A stretch of DNA of 61,556 nucleotides, the filler included, from Choristocarpus tenellus KU-1152 (lineage: Eukaryota > Protista > Phaeophyceae): the NCBI GenBank assembly GCA_964200185.2. It is 10 parts of 10 records of this genome, joined end to end, with 100 filler letters (N's around TTAATTAATTAA, not from the genome) between each part and the next. Parts side by side here need not be neighbours in the genome. Positions count along the whole stretch, not along the records: positions 46,429 to 55,230 come from CAXNAD020004319.1; positions 55,331 to 61,556 come from CAXNAD020008636.1; 8 more parts are not named here. One strand, given 5' to 3'. Of this stretch, positions 52,182-61,556 are shown in pieces; the first letter of the stretch is position 1; each line of letters begins with the position of its first letter. The translations under genes were made by a program, and so were the position numbers. The notes under the pieces are model-generated. The model was not told the DNA's origin, made no database searches, and saw nothing but the letters and a program-made list of their open reading frames with translations.

Positions 52182-55100
52182 GTGGATTTGCACTGCTTTA
52201 TTGACTGACAAAGGTTGCCCAGCAATGGTCGCATTTCACTGGTACAATTTGAACCTGATGTTGGTAGGGATGTTGGTAGGGATGACTGAGCCGGAACATC
52301 TCCGTGGTCATGTTACATATTTTATTTTTAGTACCCTTGATACTCAATCAATAGCAACGTATAAACCTTGTATTCTCCATGCTGGTCTGCAAGAATAGAT
52401 ATTTCTGACATATGGCATTTTTGTTTGGAACATTTTTAACAGTTGAATGTGTCAGCAGAATCAAAAGGTGATATTGAGTTAAGTTTTTGACATGATGTGT
52501 GCGCACGCACTCTTGGGGCCATCTTGAAACTGCCAAGAGACAGCCACACCAACGCAAACAGCATCCTGTGGAAGAGGCATCCAATAAATGTAATATCAAC
52601 TCTTTGTCAGCAATCAAAATTAAGTATTCAATATCCAGCCACTGACGCATCATACAAGGTTATGACAACTTCATTCTTCAAAGTAGTATTCCGGAGTAGT
52701 ATCATAAAAAGGTTAAATATCAGAGTGACTAGGTCTGGAAGAAATTCATGTGATGTGAATTACTACAATCAGTGAGGTTCAAGTATGAGTTCAACCCCTA
52801 TATTGATGAGAGTTGTCAGTGGAACTTTGCTGTTGAGTAACCCAAGACCAAGATTGTAACGCTCTCGAGGCATACATGTAGGTCAGACAACCCACTGGTA
52901 GATACAAGTGAGCACATCTGTGTCCCTGCCAACTGATAAGAAAAAAGAGTGCAAGATGTCAAATGGTTAATCCAACAAGTGCTGTGAAGCCTGTGGAAAG
53001 GCAGGAATGGCGTAGGGGGTTGCAGAGAAAAAGGAGCAGGAAAGTCTCAATCGTCACCTGTGGGATACCAGCAACCATGTGGTCCTTGGATTGGCACCAA
53101 CGGGAAAGAGACCGACCACTATCTGAAGGATGCCATTATGCACATTGTGCAGAGTTGGTAGTAGTGGGCAAGACACAAATGTAAATAACTATTACTATGG
53201 ATTGCATATTGATCCTATTATATATTTACTTGAATGATTTACTCAGAGTACTGTTTTGATTAATAGATGAAATACTAGTGTATCAATATTGTGGCTGAAG
53301 CCGTGATATTTTAAAATCAATATTTTGACCAAATTCCGTTTCCTTCTTGCATATGAACAACCCAGGCAATGCAAGTATTTTGCTGTCAATATTTGGAGTT
53401 CTGGTGTTGATAGGGACGCAAACCCCATATATGTACTCTTAGGGTTGACATTTTAGTCGTCTCCTAAAGTTCCTTTCCCACATGATTGAGTATGAGCACA
53501 AGACTAACCACCAAGTACTATGTACACACTACCCAATTCTGGCAAAATCCTTCTTGCGCATACCACTGATGATAGAGGCCTCACATATTTCTGGCCAAGA
53601 TCATTTTTAGTTCAAGGCGCCTATTGTTACAGGTATAGTTCTGTACAGTGTTAAATATAGACACCCCATTTTCCAAGTGCAAAACAAAGAATTACTGCAC
53701 TCAATCAAGATCCTTGCTGTTAAGAACCATATAGAACAGAATCTATCTTGGGTTCCACTCATATATCATAACCCGTAGTGTGTTGGTTGGACTAGTGTTA
53801 GTAATGGTGGCTGAATAGTTGAACCAACTTGTCAATTACAACAGTGCCTGTCGAAGAGGAAATGGCTTGGAGTGTTTCCTGACATCAATCACTACACAAT
53901 ACAGGGCGAATGAACCTGAGCATCACTTCCCTCCTAACAACAAATCCTTAGTGCCAAATCTTTCTAAACATTCTAAGGTACTAAGTTAGCATTCAGTGTT
54001 GCTTGTGGAGCATTGTGCTGTCCAAGGTGTGTACTTTTTGTGTATGTGTTGAGGTGATAATGAATATGGGTATCTGATAGGAGGATGACAAGGCAATAAT
54101 GGTACAGTTCTAGCTTTGACTATATTGACTTCAGTGTGTGTTACATAAAAAAAACTATATACAACCGGTCATACATAAGTTGACTTCTACATGCTCATCT
54201 AATGGCTATACAGATAATGCGTATTCGAGAGGGTTGGAGAATTAGTAATCACAAAACCAGTTCTATGAGGCAATACATACTTCTGGCATTATTTAGTCCT
54301 CTGCTTGTCATCATGCCGAATGAGAGACAGGTGAGAACACCGGACAGTGTACTTGGCTATGCAACTGAAGTTTAAAACAATAAAGAAGATACAGAAAATG
54401 GCAATACGGGGGACAACAAGGAAGTCAGTGGTGAGTTGAGGTATTGGATGTAGTGAAGTTTGCCCCCAACACCGGAAGGTCATGAGTTTGGAACTTCCTT
54501 CATTGGAGTGTCGACAGGCATTTCAATCTAAGGGCTAAATGCCTTGTGGAGAAATACGACCTCAAAATGGCAAGAGAGACCTCCTTTGATGATGATGAGA
54601 GGAATCAGCTGTTCAGCATGACTAAGCTACTCTATAAGGCGATCAAGATGTCACAGCATCAGGGCAATGGATTGCCCTCCTTCAGAGATAGAGGTGGGGG
54701 AGTGCTCATAAGAGGCCATGGTTGGAAATAGGCTATCTATAAGGACAAGCTGCAATACCAGACCTTTGCTATGTAACCAGTGGATGCAGGAGCAGTGAAG
54801 GACGTTGGTTGTGTCCCCTCTAATGGTGGAAAGGGAAGTAAGAGACTTACGGAGAGTTGAGTATGTTGACAAGGATTTATTTGCCTACAGGGCCACTTCA
54901 GCTGCGTCAGAATACTCGTTCTCGTTTCCTGGAAACACAGTCAACACCATGCGCAACTGCCTCTCTGGGGATGTAGTTAGTGGCAGTAAGGTGCTGCGGT
55001 CTTGTGGGGATGACTTCGGTGCCCAAGTGTTAAAGGCGTGGGTGGCAGGAAATCATAGTGGTGACGGAAAAAACCCCTAGATATTGTCATCTGTGACTGG

Positions 55101-56059
55101 ACGTCCTCCACCTACTACATGGGTTTAGGGTGGATAGAGTGGTAGATTGTGTGTTGTTTTCCCTCTGCTGGCTTATATTTGCCTTGTTCATGTCGCCCCA
55201 GACACTGCACTGATTGTCAGACCCACCTAGNNNNNNNNNNNNNNNNNNNNNNNNNNNNNNNNNNNNNNNNNNNNTTAATTAATTAANNNNNNNNNNNNNN
55301 NNNNNNNNNNNNNNNNNNNNNNNNNNNNNNTTGGGTCAAACCCATCCTCCATAGTATGCTCCATCCTCAATTTTGGTGAGAGACTGTTACAGGAATAATC
55401 AGATTCCCTAAGGTGGAATCGAGAGTGAATGAACTATTGCCAGACCCCTAACACCATTTGGAAGACGTTTATAGTGAGTAGGCGGTCGGTTTTGGTACAC
55501 TCGACATGGATTACACCTCTCTTAAAACACTATTACTTCATTCAGCTTACGAAAAGTGTACACTCCTTGTCGATTTTGAAAAATGCTGTTTTTGAGGCGT
55601 TCTTATCGTAAGCACATACTCTGAACACCAAGAAAAAAAAATAGGGATACTGTTTTGACGGTCACCTCTAGGATCAGACTGGTCTTGATTTTTATTAAAA
55701 GGTTGCCCAACGAGTTAAACGACGATTAGGACATCGAATGAAAGGTCTTGATCTAAGCTATCGATTTCCGCAAAGGAATTCAATCGGAAAATTATATTGG
55801 TAAGTTTAAATTTTAACCGACTGTTTTCGGCACAACCTTGAAAATGTTTCGGAATGAATTATCACGACCAAACATATTTTTCCGAAATAATTCCTTTGGA
55901 TGAAACGATAGCCTAGATCCAGAGGTTTCATTGGATATGCTGATCGTCGATTAACTCGTTGGGCAACCTTTTCTAAACAATCGAGATTGGTACCCGCCAA
56001 AACGGTATATGGGCTGACCTCGGCTTACTACTGTTTAAGCCACTCACAGGACACTGTGA

Positions 56060-56378
56060 CGCACAATGAGCTCCGAGTTGTGGCCTGCCCCTCACACGAC
56101 ACGGTGAATTGAACCCGATAGAGATAGTCTGGGGGCAGGCGAAGCACTATGTACGAGGCCAATGTGACTATACGTTGCCTGGAATGAGAGTCAACATTCC
56201 TGTCAGTCTTGAGGAAGGGGGGCTGTCCAGAGTAATTGTGGAGAGGTTCTTCAGGATTAGTATTGCTTGCCACCTGATACATTCCAACGAGAAAGGCATG
56301 GAGTGCACCAAATCGGACAGGGTGTACAAGACATTTAAGTCTCGCAGGAGGCCTACACCTTCAGAATACCTCATCTGA
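56060..56378 (+). pseudogene. Tc1/IS630-superfamily DDE transposase C-terminal remnant
   Basis: LP...HGELNPIEIVWGQAKHYVRGQCDYTLPGMRVNIP carries the third catalytic-residue motif (ELNPIE..W). Confidence 0.75.
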
Positions 56379-56710
56379 CTTGGCATGGATTGTCTGGTTC
56401 AGAGGCCCAGGCCCCCATGAGTGACCCATAGTCAACAGGTGACAACATTGCAAAAACGGAAAATAATGGAAAGAGAATGGACAGACAACAACGCGCATGT
56501 TCTCCAGGTGAAGATGGCCTCTTCTGACCTGAAAATCGTCCATAAATGCGGTGCTCACACGCGCAGCGTGGCACCCAAGTGCCAACCGCGCACGCGGACT
56601 ACTTGATTTAATCATGGTCCTGTAATTTCTCACGATTGCTGCAAGTTGACCAACCAAGACCCATCGAATAAAGTTAAGCATGATTATGCGATCACAACAA
56701 ACGAATTTTC

Positions 56711-57031
56711 ATGAATAAATTCGTTGTTGATCAAAAGTTATGGTACAACAAAGCTGATACAGGAGGCGACTGCCAGCATTGTAGAACAGGATGGACACAA
56801 TATGTATTGTTATTCCCTCCGACATTTTGCAGATGTGCCAAGAAAAAGCAAGGTCAATATCACAAGGACCCCTGTAAAAGTAACAGTTGTCGTAAATGTA
56901 TCGACACAGTCATAAAATTACACCCTGATAATACCGCCTGCCATAGATGCTACTTCTGTAAGCCAAGGAAGGCTCTTTGCTGGCACAGTGAACCGATCAA
57001 ATTTTGCTTTCACACCAGGCTTCAGCTATGA
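56711..57031 (+). pseudogene. Cys-rich remnant, possibly a piggyBac-like C-terminal zinc domain
   Basis: CRKC...TACHRCYFC...ALC......CFH spacing; judged by eye only. Confidence 0.3.
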
Positions 57032-57419
57032 CATACCTTCTTTTCGAGCCAAAAGGCACTCAAATCCGTGCACTACAGTCCAAGAATGGTGCAAATCACG
57101 ATGAAGAACTGCCTAATAGGTGAACTGGGAGGTGAGGGGAAGGTCGAAGAAGGCTCAATACTGTCCCAATAAACTAATCAAAGTGCGCTAAGATGATATT
57201 CTTTCCCTATGCTGGGGCTTTATTTCGAGGCACGCAGGACTCTAATTCGAGCACCCCAGTCCAAGAACGGTGTAAATCAGGATGAAAGAAATATCAACAG
57301 TGTTAATATATAATAGTTTCACAGCACAAAGATCATCGAACTCATCGTGGATACAGTGGTGGTCCCCTTATAAGGCGGTGGTGTGTCAGACGGGGTCAAC
57401 CACCTTACATATATTAAGG

Positions 57420-58400
57420 CTAGGTAACCTGGGGGGAACAACATCCCCCACACCGGCCGCAGAGATCCACACTCTGGCAGACCATGATGCCAGGATTACA
57501 AGGAGGGCATAACATGAGATCACCTGCCTCCTAAACAGGATCCGCTTTGACTCTTTCCGGACGCAATTAACCACTTTAACTGATGAAGTGGAACAAGCGA
57601 AGGAAAGTTCCTTGCTAGCCCAGTCGCGCCACCGGAGCCAATGTGGACAAGGGACAAATGCACGGGCCTCAACACAACCCCTCCCTGGAGCCGGCATGCC
57701 AGATCCCCCCCATCGAGTCTAGACTCACCGCCAGCAAATCCCTAGCAAGAGAGGAGGCCCTATTGAACAGGTGCCTGGTGACTGGGTGCAGGAGGCAAAA
57801 TGTAGACACCAGACATGCACGTACCTTCCCTAGGGCAGGAGGACAGATTCACCAACACACGCCAATGTTGACGTGTCCAAGTCAGCTTTGCAAAGGAATG
57901 GGTATCCCTTGCACTATTGAGGATGGTAGCCCATTTATAGTGGACAGGAATTTCCACATGGATCTGGTCTTCTATGCTGGGGCACTAGCGGACACCGGAG
58001 CAGCTCCCTACTGGAACAAAGACCTCCTGCTAGATGTTACGTTTGTAGAAGTGCAGGCAACCTCCCACCTTCCACACTCATCCACCAGCAATGGTGTAGC
58101 TGCTGCTGCAGCTGAGGCGCGAAAGTGCACCCACTACGAGGGCTCTTTTTATCCTCGTAGTTATAACATCAACACCTTTGTGGTGGAAAGTTTCGGGCGC
58201 CTCGACAAAGCAAGTGGAACATTTCCTGGATTAGTTATCTACGCATTCGGTAGGGGGGAGAGGAATTGGAGGCTATGGGAGGAAAGGGGCGGTCAAATCC
58301 CGCCTATGACAAATAGTATCTGTAACAATACAGGCAGCCCTATCTAGACGTGTCATGCGTTTTAAGCGGGAGTTACCAGGGAGATGGATTCTTGGGACAC
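57420..58400 (+). mobile_element. Non-LTR retrotransposon 3' remnant with a restriction-like endonuclease (CRE/NeSL-type)
   Basis: HART...GG...H, MDLVF.AG, LLLDVT, AAAAAEARKCTHY and FVVESFGRL form the zinc-knuckle/RLE end; frameshifted. Confidence 0.75.
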
Positions 58401-58929
58401 TTCCCTAGCTCCTCGTCCTGGGGTGCAGGAATAGCTAGTTCAGAGACATAGGAAGACAATGGTACAACATAGATGGTAGCAAAATAGCAAATAGATTGAT
58501 GTTTTTCACATTTGGGACAACTGTTACTTCTTTAGGGATTCTTCTGATATGTGAACAGTTTTCATTAGTTTTTCCCCTAAAAATCTCCAAAATGTCAGAG
58601 GGCATAATACTAAATATAATATAGCTCAGTATGTCGCCAATTATTCCAGAAATTTCTGAATTCCGTTGGGTCGGAGTGGTGTAACATTATGCACTTACTA
58701 CTAACGGTACAAGAATTTCCACATATTCCGTCAACAGGTTTGTTTCTTAGTCATACAGTACTGTGTTCAAACATGATTCAAGCCCTCGAAGTTGAAGTAT
58801 GTGAAGTTCTGTTATGTGTGTTTTATGATGTGGACACTCCACCAACCTCAAAATCTAAAGCCCCCCTCCCATCAGCACAAATTCCTCTACTGCGTATGGT
58901 TTCCGCAAACCGCAACCCACCGATCACAT

Positions 58930-59270
58930 CCTCTCTCACAACGGAAGATGGTCTTATGAAGACTGGGTGTGAGGGCATTGAGGCAACGGTGCGCACACGC
59001 AGGTGCCTATTTGCTGGGTCATTTGCTCACATGGATGATGAACGACTTCTGAAAAAGTTGATGTCCGGAGAACTTGTGAATGGAAATGGAAGCAAGGTGG
59101 ACAGGAGAAGAGCTGGTTGACACATATCGCCAAGATGCCCTTGACAACTTCAGCATTGGAGTTCAGGGTTGGAGCACGAGGGTCACTAATATAGCGGAGT
59201 GGAATGAATGTGTGGATAAAGGCAAAAACGGTGATGGCCAAATGGCATTCCAAGGAAGCTGTGATAGCTA
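58930..59270 (+). mobile_element. RTE-clade LINE 3' remnant
   Basis: KTGCEGIEATVRTRRCLFAG..AHMDDERLLKKLMSGEL is the typical RTE ORF C-terminus. Confidence 0.7.
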
Positions 59271-59579
59271 ATGCATGTCACACCAAAGCAGCAGCCAAGG
59301 TTTACCCAAGCTACCATCACCACTACCATCACTATCCGCTGTTGTTTTCATTTTTGGGCTGATTTATCTTGCACCATTCCTTCAAAATATTAATCCACAC
59401 AAGACTCTGGGCGCATTGGTGAAGCACAAACAGCATAGATAGCACACACTCGATATCCTTAATATTGGCATACTTCTTGGAAGTATTTTTTTTACCAAAA
59501 CGGGGCAAATACACACTTCTATACCCCAAGTTATTCCTGGGGGTTGCACAAAACATGCAATGCTACGTGTGTATGTGTA

Positions 59580-59610
<31 letters not shown>

Positions 59611-60111
59611 TATCTAGTCTGGACTCTGACATACACATCGCTCACATCAGATCTAATTCACCAAACGTTCTTTGTTCAGGCGTTCATGGCATCCACTCAA
59701 GACAGAAATGCCGTAGGTATGCACCTGTGCATCAGTTTGTCCTCCTTCAAAGAAGAGGGAGAAATCGGGGCAACAGAATAGTAATACAAACTTTTCAAAT
59801 GACAAAGATAACCACAACAGCATTGCTTGACTTATTCAAAGGATCACACATTCAGTCACACAAAATCCTTGATCATCATTGCTCTTAGGCCTTACCAACC
59901 CTCAGGTAGTAGCATACACAGTTCACGTTGGAACCCATATTCAAAGTAGTTCGAAATACACTACTACCAAGAGAAATGACAAGCTCAGTAGCCTTAGTCC
60001 AGGAAAATCAGTGCAAACAAAAGCCACAACTTGTAACAAGCTATTATGCAGTGACTGATTCCCCATAACAGCATCATCAATTGTAGTATTGTACTAATAG
60101 TAAAACATCCA

Positions 60112-60660
60112 TCATTTAGCAATCTTGAGCCCATGCTTACGAGCAAGACTAGATGCTGCAGAACTGTCACCAAGCGACACCTGCAGCCTAGCCACTCTTT
60201 CTATCTCACGTCTGTCCCCACTCAACAAGCTCTCCCCAAGGAGCCTCACAAAGATCCTCAGCGGGGCAAGGTTGGCAGAGGCATGATCCCTTTTGTCCCA
60301 CTCATCTGGGACAAGCGATACCGCTCTCTCACAGAGAGTCAATGCCTCCCCCCGACCTGCCCCAGAGCCCCTTCCACCACCACCGACAGATCCTTCCACT
60401 ACAGGTACTCCTCTCTTCACACCCCCATCCCCGTGCTTGGCAAGGCCTCCCAAGGCAGGAGCTATTCTCTTTCCAAGAAGGTTCCCAAGGGCCACAGGCG
60501 CTAAAGCTTCAGGGGAGAGCAACTCTTCCCATTGCATCATGTTGTACAACAACTTCAGACCCCGGGCGAGCTGGCGTCGAGCTAGTCTTGAGGATAGGGA
60601 CCGCCCCTCACCGGCTGGGGAGTCTCCCAGGACCACAATGCAGAGGGTTTCAACGGTCCT
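60112..60660 (-). CDS. Last exon of a GCFC2/PAXBP1 (ILP1-like) splicing/transcription factor
   Basis: tag acceptor at 60661-60663. RRQLARGLKLLYNMMQWEELLSPEALAPVALGNLLGK resembles the GCFC C-terminal RQF..AVKLL.N...W...LS...L..LAL..LL. Confidence 0.6.
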   Translation of the reverse strand, partial: RTVETLCIVVLGDSPAGEGRSLSSRLARRQLARGLKLLYNMMQWEELLSPEALAPVALGNLLGKRIAPALGGLAKHGDGGVKRGVPVVEGSVGGGGRGSGAGRGEALTLCERAVSLVPDEWDKRDHASANLAPLRIFVRLLGESLLSGDRREIERVARLQVSLGDSSAASSLARKHGLKIAK

Positions 60661-60904
60661 CTATAGATCGTGGATGACAGTATTATGACAGTTACATAGG
60701 GGGGGTGGGGGGGGGGGAGGCGAGATGGAGGTTAGAAAATATACGTGCTATGTTGGTAACTTACTGAAAATAATTCACCTCATCACGAATAACTTGTAAA
60801 ATTATATATATATATATATAAAAGAGTCAGGGGATGCTGCAGGGTATATATATCTCTCTACATCTCTCTCTCTCTCTCATTATATATGTATGTACACATT
60901 GAAA

Positions 60905-61187
60905 GAGTAAAAGTATTTCAGAGGGTACAAGTTTTGCCTTGTTTGTCTGCTTGGGGCCTAACTTCCCACTGTTTTTTTAAAGACATTTTACCAATTTCAA
61001 AACCATTTCGGAATTGGTAAAATGTGTACGTCATGGAGTAGGTTTCATGTATAAAACTATGAAAACATAGGTCCGGAACAAGGATGTTGACACTTCCTAA
61101 AAAATACGATAGCCAAACATCAAAATCGCAACATAGGATTTTGGCTCCCAAACGGATGCAGCTGTACTCTCTAAGACACTTTGACTC
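60905..61187 (+). mobile_element. MITE family 1 full-length copy
   Basis: gagtaaaagtatttcagagggtac...tactctctaagacactttgactc. Confidence 0.88.
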
Positions 61188-61556
61188 ACAAATGACATTT
61201 ATCCTTAAGTTCATGCACCAAACATCATGGCAACACTTGAACCTTCCTGTTTCAGTACTGGCTAAGACAGATACGATAGCTGACGATACGCTACAGACAC
61301 CTCTGGTGGTAGGATGGGGAATGACAGATATGATCTACTGATTGGATATTGGACCATCCTGTTCAACTGTTCCAGACAGGGTATCACATACCAGCTACAA
61401 TACACTACAATACAATTAATGCAAATAGTGATATGCTCCTGATGCAATGGTCAAACAAAGAACAATTACGACAACCTCAATAAATATGTAAATTAATGCA
61501 GACAATCATAAAACCCCAGACAAAAGGATAAGCTCGCTGTGTAGAGTGGGGGGGGG

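Overview
Intron-rich eukaryotic DNA, not prokaryotic. The window is ten contigs joined by nine identical 100-nt artificial spacers (N44-TTAATTAATTAA-N44), so gene neighbourhoods across spacers mean nothing. Multi-kb GT-AG introns, short TTAGGG arrays, the ankyrin-repeat style and the LINE types suggest a stramenopile, probably a brown alga or relative (inference). Manually spliced, phase-consistent genes: a UPRT-fold protein with a degenerate PRPP loop, an ankyrin-repeat protein, an MLKL-like four-helix-bundle plus TKL kinase, an unknown coiled-coil protein transcribed divergently from an HSPA12-like Hsp70, an RCC1-repeat protein, a PX-BAR sorting nexin, TFIIF beta, and the last exon of a GCFC2/PAXBP1-like gene. 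Two related MITE families (about 260 bp and about 180 bp) recur throughout, along with decayed Tc1/IS630, CRE-type and RTE-type elements. The most unusual items are: (i) a 346-bp bacterial pntA-end/pntB-start operon fragment held between perfect 44-bp inverted repeats that look like the head of a tRNA-like element; (ii) the MLKL-like kinase with intact catalytic motifs; (iii) the probable pseudo-UPRT.
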